A stretch of DNA of 64,000 nt, taken from an uncultured Gammaproteobacteria bacterium (lineage in GTDB: Bacteria; Pseudomonadota; Gammaproteobacteria; Steroidobacterales; Steroidobacteraceae). The notes beneath the pieces were generated by a model. The model ran no database searches. It was not told where the DNA came from and saw only the letters and a list, made by a program, of their open reading frames with translations. This document shows, piece by piece, positions 20,462 through 29,721 of the stretch; position 1 is the first letter of the stretch; every line of letters starts with the position of its first letter. The translations under genes were made by a program, and so were the position numbers. The DNA is taken from NCBI GenBank assembly GCA_963743995.1, contig CAVUSC010000001.1, positions 3,355-67,354 of the forward strand, given 5' to 3'.

Positions 20462-20697
20462 AGCATTGCTCAGGTCACGGTACTACACATGTTCAATGCT
20501 GAAGGAGTGCCACCCAGGGTGCCGCGTGGCGATTCCGGGAAAATGCATCCGAAACGCGAAAGGTGGTTTACGCGTCGACGAAGCCACTCACCCGCGGTGA
20601 CTGCAACGCGAGTTTCGTAAACCACGTCCGACCGTGGCGGTGCACGGCGTTCGGCGGCCGAGCGGGCCCTCCGCCCGTGCGAGCATCTCAGGCCGCG

Positions 20698-21090
20698 TTA
20701 CCCGCGGGCGCGGGCGATGCGCTCCGCGTCGACCAGACCGCCTCCGAGCGTGGTGCGCAGCGCCTGCTTGTGGTGGTCCATCGCGGCGCGCACCGCGTCG
20801 ATCCGTGCATCTGCCTCCGGCCCGCGCCGGCCCGGGATCCGCGACTGCATCTCCTCCAGCGACACGCGGTGCGCCTCGAGGAATGCCCGACCTTCCGCCG
20901 TGACCTCGTGGAGCCTGCGCTGCTCGGCATCGATCGTGGTGCGGACCTGCCCGAGGTCCTCGAGCAGCACCAGGCGCAGGTCACCGCGACCGAAGTACCG
21001 ACCGCTGCAGCCACCACGACCGCGTCCGGGACCGTCGCCCCCTTAGCCGCCAGGACCACGACTGCCAGGGCCGACAGGACCGCCGTGACG
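20698..21090 (-). pseudogene. PadR-family regulator remnant (internal deletion, in-frame stop, no start)
   Basis: Gly/Arg-rich leader with TAA, then GRGDLRLVLL fused directly to EDLGQVRTTIDAEQRRLHEVTAEGRAFLEAH. The winged-helix core is missing. Confidence 0.45.
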
Positions 21091-21216
21091 GCCTTGGCCG
21101 CCCGGGCTCCGGCCGGTTCAGGTTTCTCCTCCAGCCCCTATCTTCCGACGTCCGCTGGCATTCCGGCGGGGCCTATCGGCCGCGACGGACCTGCCAGGCA
21201 AGCGCTGTCGAAAGCA

Positions 21217-21294
21217 GGCCTCGGCTCACCATACGGCTGGCTAAACGAATCGGTTCCGCGGATCGGCTCGGCCAGGGCAGTTGCTTGAATTTCC
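21217..21294 (+). repeat. island-internal repeat family, copy B
   Basis: GGCCTCGGCTCACCATACGGCTGG..CGAATCGGTT..GGCAGTTGCTTGAATTTCC. Confidence 0.6.
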
Positions 21295-21424
21295 TCTCCG
21301 CCATTGACGCACGCTATGGAAAACCGCCGCCGGGTCAAAAACACTGCTTGCTTTGCTTGCGAAGTCGGCGGGAATATGCGCGGAAAAGTAGAACGACTGT
21401 ACAACTCAGGTGGAGGAGCTACGC

Positions 21425-22624
21425 ATGGCAAGGTATCTACCGCACCGCGCCCTTGTGGCAGCGGCGCTTGCACTCTTTTCAGTCGCCGAAGCGCGGGCTG
21501 CAGGGGCGAGCAGCCAGCCGGTCGTCCTGCTGGAAATTACCGCGCCCCGCACCCTCAAGCTGCTGTCGCCGCCAATCGAGATGAGTTCCGGCTGGCCACT
21601 CAAGTTCCGAGCCACGGCTTTCAACAGCCTTGGGCTCGCGCTGGACACAGGTTTGCCGGAATATCCGATCCTGGGCAGCGAAGGCTACGTGGTCCTCAAG
21701 GATCCAGACGGCTGCCTCGAAATTCCGCCGCCTAGCGCGGCCACCCGCAACCCCCTCTGTGTCGACACGCCGACGGACGAGACGTACATCATTTTCCATG
21801 CGGATGTGGACCAGGCCGGTGTCCCGGACAATGTCGGCGACGCCGCGCGTGGCGCGGCACTTGCAGATCCGACAGTCAGCGGCGAACCACTGTTCAATTC
21901 GCGCACCGACGATGATCCCGTGATCGTCGAAGCGATACCTGTCGGCCCGGTAACTGGCGGCAACGTCGCCGACGGCTACGGCTACGGCGCGGACGACGAT
22001 TGGGCGAGCCTGGTCGTGCTGGTCCCGCACGGCAACGGCCTGGTGCTTGGTGCGGATTTTTCCCGACCGTCGGTACTGACCCAGCGCAACCTCGCCGGCT
22101 TCCTGAACTGGTCCGCGTACGAGCTGAGTGACCTCCTGGGTGGCGTCGCCGTCGAGGGCGGCATGATCGTGCCCTATGGCCTGGTCGCCCCGATGATGCT
22201 GGCAGACGACTGTGGAGGTGCGACGAACGGCTCAGTGTGCGAGGGGCAATCGAGCTACCGGATCGACGGCGGCCCCGTGGTCTTGTCCGCCAGGACCGGG
22301 GGCATCGGCAACGCGCAATTCACCTACCCGGCTCTGGTGGGCGCGACGCGCTTTGAAGTCCGCGCCTTTGTCGTGAGCGGTGTCGCACCATCGCAACTCA
22401 GGGATGAGAACGGTGATGGCAAGGTGACGGCGGCGGATGCCAAGCTCGCTGGCCACACGGTGGTTTCCAACGAGGTCGTGGTCCAGTTGCGCCAATACCA
22501 TGGCGACCCCTGCGGCGTCGGGCTCGCAAACGTCGTGCGCGGAGATCTCGACGGAAACAATTACGCACTCAGTAGCTTCGTGTGTCCTGCCGGTCCGGGC
22601 CAGATCAAGAAGCCGCCGCAATGA
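21425..22624 (+). CDS. secreted protein of unknown function with Asp-rich calcium-binding-like loops
   Basis: GGAGGAG 7 nt before ATG 21425. Signal peptide MARYLPHRALVAAALALFSVAEARA. DENGDGKVTAADA and GDLDGNN loops. No family recognised. Confidence 0.7.
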   Translation: MARYLPHRALVAAALALFSVAEARAAGASSQPVVLLEITAPRTLKLLSPPIEMSSGWPLKFRATAFNSLGLALDTGLPEYPILGSEGYVVLKDPDGCLEIPPPSAATRNPLCVDTPTDETYIIFHADVDQAGVPDNVGDAARGAALADPTVSGEPLFNSRTDDDPVIVEAIPVGPVTGGNVADGYGYGADDDWASLVVLVPHGNGLVLGADFSRPSVLTQRNLAGFLNWSAYELSDLLGGVAVEGGMIVPYGLVAPMMLADDCGGATNGSVCEGQSSYRIDGGPVVLSARTGGIGNAQFTYPALVGATRFEVRAFVVSGVAPSQLRDENGDGKVTAADAKLAGHTVVSNEVVVQLRQYHGDPCGVGLANVVRGDLDGNNYALSSFVCPAGPGQIKKPPQ

Positions 22625-22643
22625 CGCCAATGCTCGCCGCGGT

Positions 22644-24854
22644 TCAGAGCGCGGCGAGCACTTCCGCAGCCTGGCGGCGCGACGGTTCGAGATTCAACTG
22701 GAGGCTCGCGGGTTCCGGCATTGCGATCGCTTCCCGTGCGATCCGCTTCGCTTCGCGCTGCTCACCGTTTGCGGCCAACGCCCGGGCGAGGCCAGAACGG
22801 TAGATCTCGTACTCGGACCCGGGCATTTCGACCGCTGCCCGCATCGATACGACGGCAGCGGCCGAGTCGCCCTGCGCAATCAGCATCAGGCCTTCGAGGT
22901 ACTTGGCGGCCTTGAGGGCAGCAGGCAGCGACTGGTCCGGATCGCGTGACAACGCGCGCAATTCGCCGATCGTCCGCGTTACTGCCTCGTAGTCGCTGGA
23001 CCTCAATTCCGCGCGGCCGCGGGTGTACAGGTACCTGGTCGGTTTTCCGACCGCCTTCTCGATCGCAATCGACGCCAGTTCACGTGCGCCCGCGGCATCG
23101 CCCGCATCGAGCCGGCAGCCCGCTCGGATCGACAAGGCATAGGACTCGCGGACCTGCTCGGCGGCTATGTCGGCGGCCAGGCCAGTGAGCAACGTCTCGG
23201 CTTGTGGGCATCGCTGCTCGGCGCGGAGCAGTTCCGCTGCATTGAGTGCCGCGCTGATCCGCGAATCCGGAGGCAACGACGTTGATTCCGCGTCGGCAAC
23301 CAGGCGGGCGATGGCGTCCTCCGGGCGCCCGCGCAGTACGTCGACCTGTGCCAGGCGCAGCGTGGCATCGGAAAATGCCGGATCGATTTCGAGCACTCTT
23401 TGATACGCCGGTACTGCCTCGTCGAACAGCTTGCGGTAGAACTTGGAGTCCCCGACGAGGTAATGCGCATTCGGATTGTCGGGCGAAAGCGCAAGGAACT
23501 TCGCCAGGGGCTCGTCGGCTGCGTCGTAGCGACCAAGCTTGAGATTGATGTCCGCCATGCTGCTCCAGGCCACCTCGTCGCCCGGGTCCTGCGCAGCGAG
23601 GGTCTCGGCTTCCACCAGGGCCTCCTCCATTCGTTCCTGGTCCATCAGCACGTAGAGCAGCAGCAGGCGCGCCTCTGTTTCGTACGGGTGCTTGACCAGC
23701 AGTTCCTTGTACTGCTTCTCCGCGGCCGGATAGTCGCGAGCAAAGTAGCTCGCCCCGGCGTCGATGTAGGCGCGATCGCGCGCCGGCAGGCGATAGGCAT
23801 CCTTTTGCGCCTTGCGCACCTGTTCCAGCGCCGCCTCAGTATCTCCCTGCGACGCCAGCGTGTGTGCGAGCCGGTAGCGAGCCATCGCAAAGTCGGGCGC
23901 CTTCTGCACCGCTACTTCGAAACCGCGGCGCGCGTCCGCGTAGTTGAAGTGCAGGAAATTCTCCATCCCGGCGACAAATGCCTCGTAGGCGGCCATGTTG
24001 CGGGTGGCGAAATCGGCGGCAAAGACATCGATCTTCTCGGTGCCTGGCAGGCCGAGGCTCTGCTTGATCAGCGAGGCGACCGCCGTCGACACGGTCAGGA
24101 TCGCATCGGGTTCCAGGCCCTCGCGGCGATTCGCCCCGATCTCGACATTGCGACGCAGATCGGTCAGCCGCGACGTGATGGTGAGTCCGCCGGGGGTCCG
24201 CAGGATCTCCCCGCTCAGCACGTGCGTGATGCCGCTGTCCGCGGCTGTTGAAAACATCGTATCGAGGTCCCGGGAGTCGTCCTTGAGCCGCATCGTGCGC
24301 GCCGCGGAGACCACGGCCAGGTAGCGCGACTGCGCCAGGTCGTCGCGCACCAGGTTGGCCAGTCCAGGTCCCGCCCAGTCCAGTTCGCGCCTTCCGGTCA
24401 GATTCTCAAGCGGCAGGACGGCGACGATCGGCAGTTCGTCCGGGCGCAGCTGCCGCGTGAATTCCGTTTCGCCCGAGGTCGACAGGCCCGCCGTCCACAA
24501 CCACGCGGCGCCGCCGATGATGGCGGCCATGGCGGGCGCGGCAATCAATGGCCGAATCCACCAGCGGCTCGGCCTTGGAGCGGGTGGAGGTGGTGCGTCA
24601 ACGCCTGGGGTGACACTGATGCCTCGCGGCGTGACATCGAACACCCAAGCCAGCACGATGGCGACCGGGAAGCCGGCGAAGGCCGCCACGAGCAAGGCGC
24701 GCATCGCCCAGGCAGGTGCGCCGAAGGCGGGCAACGCGATCGAGGCGGCCTGCACGACCGCCCAGGCGACCACCGCATAGATGGCTCCCGTGCGAAAAAT
24801 CTCGCGGCGTTTCAGGTCCTGCCAGAGGTTCTTGAGACGGTTGCGTCGTTCCAC
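22644..24854 (-). CDS. membrane-anchored TPR-repeat protein with TolB-like N-terminal module
   Basis: LKRREIFRTGAIYAVVAWAVVQ TM motif, PIVAVLPLENLTG module, then many TPR repeats. Start uncertain: GTG 24854 chosen, no good SD. Confidence 0.7.
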   Translation of the reverse strand: MERRNRLKNLWQDLKRREIFRTGAIYAVVAWAVVQAASIALPAFGAPAWAMRALLVAAFAGFPVAIVLAWVFDVTPRGISVTPGVDAPPPPAPRPSRWWIRPLIAAPAMAAIIGGAAWLWTAGLSTSGETEFTRQLRPDELPIVAVLPLENLTGRRELDWAGPGLANLVRDDLAQSRYLAVVSAARTMRLKDDSRDLDTMFSTAADSGITHVLSGEILRTPGGLTITSRLTDLRRNVEIGANRREGLEPDAILTVSTAVASLIKQSLGLPGTEKIDVFAADFATRNMAAYEAFVAGMENFLHFNYADARRGFEVAVQKAPDFAMARYRLAHTLASQGDTEAALEQVRKAQKDAYRLPARDRAYIDAGASYFARDYPAAEKQYKELLVKHPYETEARLLLLYVLMDQERMEEALVEAETLAAQDPGDEVAWSSMADINLKLGRYDAADEPLAKFLALSPDNPNAHYLVGDSKFYRKLFDEAVPAYQRVLEIDPAFSDATLRLAQVDVLRGRPEDAIARLVADAESTSLPPDSRISAALNAAELLRAEQRCPQAETLLTGLAADIAAEQVRESYALSIRAGCRLDAGDAAGARELASIAIEKAVGKPTRYLYTRGRAELRSSDYEAVTRTIGELRALSRDPDQSLPAALKAAKYLEGLMLIAQGDSAAAVVSMRAAVEMPGSEYEIYRSGLARALAANGEQREAKRIAREAIAMPEPASLQLNLEPSRRQAAEVLAAL

Positions 24855-25187
24855 GGATCGGCAGTATATGCGGTGCGGCGCACGGTGCTCGTTGCAAGTT
24901 CGCCTTGCGCGCCCTGCGGCGGATTCTGCGGTCCGGCGATGGCCGCGGGCGCACAGCCATCGGCTGGAGACAAGGAGAGTGTCCCCAAGGGTCTCCAGGA
25001 GGCGGTTTAGCTTTTCGTTTTTCCTGGGTCTCCCATGGTGACTTAAATTGGCAGTCCGCAAACCACTGGCAAACTGAGGTTCATGGGATGTGATCTACAG
25101 TCACTACGAACCCGTATCAGCCTCCGTGCCGCCCGGGTCCGCGGCGTCGCGGCACACGGGCGGCAGGTGACGCGCTTCTTCCGACCG

Positions 25188-26000
25188 TTACTTCGTGTCT
25201 TTCCGGCGCATCATTGCCCAGATCAAGGCGATGATGATGACCAGCACGAGCAGGAAGAGCGGGCTCTTGAAGAAAGATTTCGGCGTCTCAGGCGCCGGTG
25301 CCGTTGCTTCCGGCGCCGGTGCGGGCGTCGCTGGTTCCATGGCTACCGGCTCAGGCGCCGGTTCCATGGCCGGTTCTGCGACCGGTTCTGCGGCTGGAGT
25401 TTCGGCTGCGACCGGTTCCGGCTCCGGAGCCGATGCAGCAGCGGTTGGCGCGGGCTCGGCCGCGAGCGTGGCATCCACGGCCGTCGACGTGAGGATCTCC
25501 GGCTTGCTCTCGGTCACGATGGTCGCGCTGATCTTGTCGCCCGGGTTCAGCTGAGAAACCTGGATCGGCGTGTCACCCGAGTACAGGCGGATACCGCGCT
25601 TGTCGATTTCACTCTGCGTGAATTTATGAATCCTGCCGTCGGGGTCCTTGATCTGGATCGAGCGCGCGGTCTGATGAGTCACGGTACCCGTCTTGATGGT
25701 CGTGACGTAGACCGGCATCTGGGTCGTCGTGGTGGTGACCACCGCCGTGCCTTTCATGCCGGCGTGAAGGTCGCTGACCGCCAGCGATTTACCGTCCACC
25801 GTGAACTTGAAGTCCGGCGGTACGGTCAGTGCGCGCGTTCCAAGCTGGTCGCGCACGACCAGGTCGTTGCCGTCGACTGCAATGATCTCGAAGTTGCTCG
25901 CTCGGTTGGTGACGGTCGTTTGTGCATATGTCGCGACCGGGCTCAAGAGCGCGAGCGCGAGCAGCATTGAGAGGCCACCAGTCAGCTTGAACTTGTGCAT
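25188..26000 (-). CDS. secreted protein with Pro/Ala/Glu-rich linker and C-terminal TM anchor, unknown function
   Basis: Signal peptide ..PVATYAQ, two beta-rich repeats, (EPAP)n-like linker, C-terminal PLFLLVLVIIIALIWAMMRRK. Confidence 0.7.
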   Translation of the reverse strand: MHKFKLTGGLSMLLALALLSPVATYAQTTVTNRASNFEIIAVDGNDLVVRDQLGTRALTVPPDFKFTVDGKSLAVSDLHAGMKGTAVVTTTTTQMPVYVTTIKTGTVTHQTARSIQIKDPDGRIHKFTQSEIDKRGIRLYSGDTPIQVSQLNPGDKISATIVTESKPEILTSTAVDATLAAEPAPTAAASAPEPEPVAAETPAAEPVAEPAMEPAPEPVAMEPATPAPAPEATAPAPETPKSFFKSPLFLLVLVIIIALIWAMMRRKDTK

Positions 26001-26271
26001 ATCGTCTCCCTGGTTGCTTTCCTATCGCTCCGTCGACCGGAACGCATGGGCGAATCCGGTAATTTGCCGTGAGTGCCAAGGGTTATGTTAACCCGATTTA
26101 GCGCGCCTACAAGTGGTCGCCACCGCCTCGCTGGTGGCCGGGCTGGCAGGATTCCAGAACTGCTGGTCAGGCAGGTGCGCGACCGAAACTGCGTCCGGCC
26201 GAGCCCCCTGCCTGCCTGACTTGCCGGACGAGGGTGGCTGGCGGCAGGTGCGGGCGCGACCTAGGGCCGGT

Positions 26272-26312
26272 CAAGCGAATCGCCTCAGTCGGGGCAGGTG
26301 CTTTGAATTTCC
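26272..26312 (+). repeat. island-internal repeat family, copy C (shorter)
   Basis: CAAGCGAATCGCC..GGGGCAGGTGCTTTGAATTTCC. Confidence 0.5.
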
Positions 26313-26499
26313 CAGCCGTCCGCAATATTCACGGGCTCTACTGGATTGCTCCTGCGATGGATGACTATCAGTCTGGGCCTGAAGCGACTCCTCTGAGTTG
26401 TCTCGGCATATAAGGGTTATCGTCGGTGAACCTGACGGTAGAATCGGCGCGCCCGGCCAGAAGCAACCTGCTTGCAAGTGTTCCAGGATGACCGAGAGG

Positions 26500-26516
26500 A
26501 TTGCATGGGAGTGAGA
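26500..26516 (+). repeat. degenerate att-like copy 4 (possible right boundary of the guaA island)
   Basis: ATTGCATGGGAGTGAGA, 14/17 to the repeat. A second partial match, ATTGAGTGG, lies at 26539-26547. Confidence 0.35.
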
Positions 26517-28157
26517 CTCCTCACGTCGTTCCTGCGTTCATTGAGTGGTCCGGGCCTGGTGCTCGGGACCCTGTTCTTTGCAGCAGCACTGACGCCCAGC
26601 CTCGTGCCGCGGGCCGCTCACTTCCAGGGATTGATCAGCGGCTTGAGCCTCGCCGCCGGCTACGGCATCGGTGTGCTCGGCGTGCTGGCCTGGCGCGCGC
26701 TGCAACTGCCGCGCGCCTCGGGGCGGGTCCTGGAGTGGGGCCGGCTCGTAGCGCTCGTCATCTGTATTGGCGCTGCAGGTTTTGCCCTGGCGCGGGCCAA
26801 GGACTGGCAGAACACGCTTCGTGCGCTGATGGGCATGGAGCCGATTCCTGGCGTCGGGGTGTTCACGATCGCGTTCGTCGCGCTGGCTGTTTTCGTGCTG
26901 CTGTTGCTGCTGGTCCGCGCTTTTCGCAGTACACGGCGTGCGATCGCGCGGCGCCTGGACCCGGTGCTGCCCGGCCCGGTGGCCGTGACGAGCGGGCTGG
27001 TAGTGACTGCGTTGCTGTTCTATTGGATTGGTACTGGCGTGATTCTCGATCGAGTGATGCGGGCTCTCGACGCCACCTACGCCGAGTTGGACGCTCTGCT
27101 CGAGGATGACAGCCCGCAGCCGAGCGATTGGCACAAGCCGGGCGCGCCCGAGTCGCTGCTGGATTGGCAGCAACTGGGGCGGGCCGGCCGTCGGATGGTT
27201 GCGGCGACGCCGGATCGCGCCCTGATCGAAGCGATGACCGGCGGGCAGGCGCTCGAGCCACTGCGCGTCTACGTCGGTCTGAACTCGGCTGAGACGGTCG
27301 AGGAGCGCGCGCGCCTGGCACTGGCCGAGATGTTGCGCATCGGTGCGTTCGAGCGCTCGACGGTCGTGATCGCCACGCCGACGGGAACCGGCTGGATCGA
27401 CCCGGAAAGCCAGGCCGCGCTGGAGTACCTGATGCGTGGCGACGTGGCGACCGTGGCGGTCCAGTACTCGTACCTGCCGAGTTGGCTGGCCCTGCTGGCC
27501 GAGTCTGCCTATGGGGTCGACACGTCGCGCGCGGTGTTTGCGGCGATCTACGCGCACTGGCGCAGCCTGCCGCAGGCGACGCGTCCCCGGTTGTACCTGC
27601 ACGGCCTGAGCCTCGGATCGCTCAATTCAGACTTGTCGCACGACTTGTACCAGGTGCTCGGTGACCCCTACCACGGCGCCTTCTGGGTCGGACCGCCGTT
27701 CTCGAGCAGCACCTGGCGGCATGTCACGTCGCAGCGCAATGCCGGTACGCCCGCGTGGCTGCCCGAATACCGCGACGGTTCCACGATCCGCTTCACCGCG
27801 CAGGAGAACCGCCTTGCTCGGGCGGCGGCACCGTGGGGGCCGTACCGGATCGTGTACCTGCAGTACGCGAGCGATGCCGTGACCTTCTTCGAGCCGCGTT
27901 CGATCTGGCGCCGGCCGGAGTGGTTGCAGGCACCGCTCGGCCCCGACGTCACGCCAGACTTCAAGTGGATTCCGGTGGTCACGTCGGTGCAGTTGTCGAT
28001 CGACTTGATGCTGGCCACGACGACTCCGCGCGGCTACGGCCATTCCTACGCCTTCGAGCATTACCTCGACGGCTGGCTGGGTCTGACCGATGCGCCGGGC
28101 TGGACTCCTGCAACCATCGCCGCGCTGAAGGCTCGATTTGCCGCGCAGCGGCTCTGA
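26505..28157 (+). CDS. membrane-bound alpha/beta-hydrolase family protein (Abhydrolase_9-like)
   Basis: GAGAGGA SD before ATG 26505. Multi-TM N-terminal half, then a hydrolase half with the GLSLGS elbow. Confidence 0.75.
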   Translation: MGVRLLTSFLRSLSGPGLVLGTLFFAAALTPSLVPRAAHFQGLISGLSLAAGYGIGVLGVLAWRALQLPRASGRVLEWGRLVALVICIGAAGFALARAKDWQNTLRALMGMEPIPGVGVFTIAFVALAVFVLLLLLVRAFRSTRRAIARRLDPVLPGPVAVTSGLVVTALLFYWIGTGVILDRVMRALDATYAELDALLEDDSPQPSDWHKPGAPESLLDWQQLGRAGRRMVAATPDRALIEAMTGGQALEPLRVYVGLNSAETVEERARLALAEMLRIGAFERSTVVIATPTGTGWIDPESQAALEYLMRGDVATVAVQYSYLPSWLALLAESAYGVDTSRAVFAAIYAHWRSLPQATRPRLYLHGLSLGSLNSDLSHDLYQVLGDPYHGAFWVGPPFSSSTWRHVTSQRNAGTPAWLPEYRDGSTIRFTAQENRLARAAAPWGPYRIVYLQYASDAVTFFEPRSIWRRPEWLQAPLGPDVTPDFKWIPVVTSVQLSIDLMLATTTPRGYGHSYAFEHYLDGWLGLTDAPGWTPATIAALKARFAAQRL

Positions 28158-28262
28158 CCGATCGGTGCGCGGGTGCGCGGTCGGCTCTTGCAAGGCGAGG
28201 TCGTCACGACACGCCTGACGACTGCGATAAGCTACGGCGAGTTCGTGTTCGGAGTCCGGCCC

Positions 28263-28736
28263 ATGCTATCCAGACGACTGCTGGCATCCAGCCGGTACGT
28301 AGCATTGATCGCTGTTGTCGGCTCCCTGGTGGGGTCGGTCGCGTTGTTGGTCTACGAAGCCTTCGTGATCATCGAAGCGGTGATCGAGACAGCCAGCAGC
28401 GACAGCCTGTCGCCGAAGATCGCCAAGGTGCTGGCGGTGGGGTTGATCGAGGCACTCGACATCTTCCTTATCGCTATCGTGGCGCAGATCATCGGCCTGG
28501 GGCTTTATGTGCTGTTCATCGACGAAACGCTGCCGTTGCCGGCGTGGCTGAAGATCAGCAACCTGGATGACCTCAAGAGCCACCTCGTCAGCAGCGTCAT
28601 CGCCGTGCTGGCGGTGTTGTTCATGCGCGAGGCGGTCGCCTGGGACGGCGAGCGCGATCTGCTTGGCTTCGGCGTCGCGCTGGCGCTGGTCATCGCCGTG
28701 CTCACGTTGTACCTGATGGTCAAGGGCAAGCGCTGA
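28263..28736 (+). CDS. YqhA-family (UPF0114) inner membrane protein
   Basis: SSRYVALIAVVGSLVGSVALLVYE.., 3-4 TM helices, about 157 aa. Confidence 0.7.
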   Translation: MLSRRLLASSRYVALIAVVGSLVGSVALLVYEAFVIIEAVIETASSDSLSPKIAKVLAVGLIEALDIFLIAIVAQIIGLGLYVLFIDETLPLPAWLKISNLDDLKSHLVSSVIAVLAVLFMREAVAWDGERDLLGFGVALALVIAVLTLYLMVKGKR

Positions 28737-28754
28737 TCGAGCCTACGCGGCACT

Positions 28755-29570
28755 TCAACCCGCAGCAGTTCGCTGATCCGGAACCACGATTTTCGCCGTG
28801 TCCGCAGTCGGCAGTTTCACCGTCGGAATGGCGTCGGTGTTGCGGATCACCTGGCGCTGCGGCAGATAATCCAGCAGCAGATCGGTCTCCTTCCTGACCA
28901 CCTCGTAACACTCGCAACACAAGGCTTCGAGTTGCGGCCGGTCCAGCACCGTGATCAAGCCGCGCTTGTAGGAAATCACCCCCAGTTGCTGAAGTCTCGA
29001 CGCGGACTGGGTCACCCCTTCGCGGCGGACTCCGATCATGTTGCCGATGAACTCCTGGGTCATCGTCAGGCGGCTGCCCTCCAGGCGATCCATCGACAGC
29101 AGCAGCCAGCGACACAACTGCTGGTCGATGGAATGATGCCGGTTGCAGACTGCGGTCTGGGCAATCTGCGTGATCAGGGCCTGCGTGTAGCGCAGCATCA
29201 GCACCAGCAATTGTCCGTGGCGGTTGAACTCCTCTTTCACCCGCTTCCTGGGCAGGCGATAGGCGTAGCCGGCGCTTTGCACCAGCGAACGGTTCGGCGT
29301 GCTTTCCCCACCCATGAACAACGTGATGCCCATAAGCCCTTCGTTGCCCACGACCAGTATCGCGGTCGACGCGCCGTTCTCCATCATGTACTGCAGCGAG
29401 ATGATGGAATCGGTCGGAAAATAGACGTGCCGCATGGCACGGCCGGATTCATACATCACGGATCGCAGTGGCAGCGGCACCAGCTCCAGGTACGGGAACA
29501 GGCGGCCTTGTACCTCGGGGGACAGGGCAGCGAGGAGGTGATTCTGTTGGGGCTCGTGCTTGGCAGGCAT
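28755..29570 (-). CDS. Crp/Fnr-family transcriptional regulator
   Basis: N-terminal cNMP-binding-like beta-roll (VYFPTDSIISL), C-terminal HTH TQEFIGNMIGVRREGVTQSASRLQQLGVI. Confidence 0.85.
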   Translation of the reverse strand: MPAKHEPQQNHLLAALSPEVQGRLFPYLELVPLPLRSVMYESGRAMRHVYFPTDSIISLQYMMENGASTAILVVGNEGLMGITLFMGGESTPNRSLVQSAGYAYRLPRKRVKEEFNRHGQLLVLMLRYTQALITQIAQTAVCNRHHSIDQQLCRWLLLSMDRLEGSRLTMTQEFIGNMIGVRREGVTQSASRLQQLGVISYKRGLITVLDRPQLEALCCECYEVVRKETDLLLDYLPQRQVIRNTDAIPTVKLPTADTAKIVVPDQRTAAG

Positions 29571-29721
29571 TTGGCATTTCGGCTTTGGGGTCGTTGGCTA
29601 CCAGCATAACCGTCGAGCTTCAGGGGTTCCGTACGGTGACGTACCCAGGGCGAGCGGCGCCGCCGCTGGAAGAGACTTTCAAATCAGGGCCAACTCCGGC
29701 CCAACGGTACGCGAGCACGCT

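Noticed and set aside
25127-25165. Hairpin TGCCGCCCG..CGGGCGGCA just downstream of the 25188-26000 gene, considered as a terminator.
   Set aside because: The stem is plausible but there is no U-tract on the transcribed strand. It was left unannotated as a feature.
26113-26477. ORFs 26113-26364(+) and 26271-26477(-) in the gap before the hydrolase gene.
   Set aside because: They have no SD and no motifs, their composition is atypical, and they overlap repeat copy C. This is probably non-coding island-border sequence.
17010-26500. Search for an integrase/recombinase gene that would make the guaA island a live element.
   Set aside because: No ORF on either strand shows tyrosine- or serine-recombinase motifs. 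The island is treated as immobilised debris.
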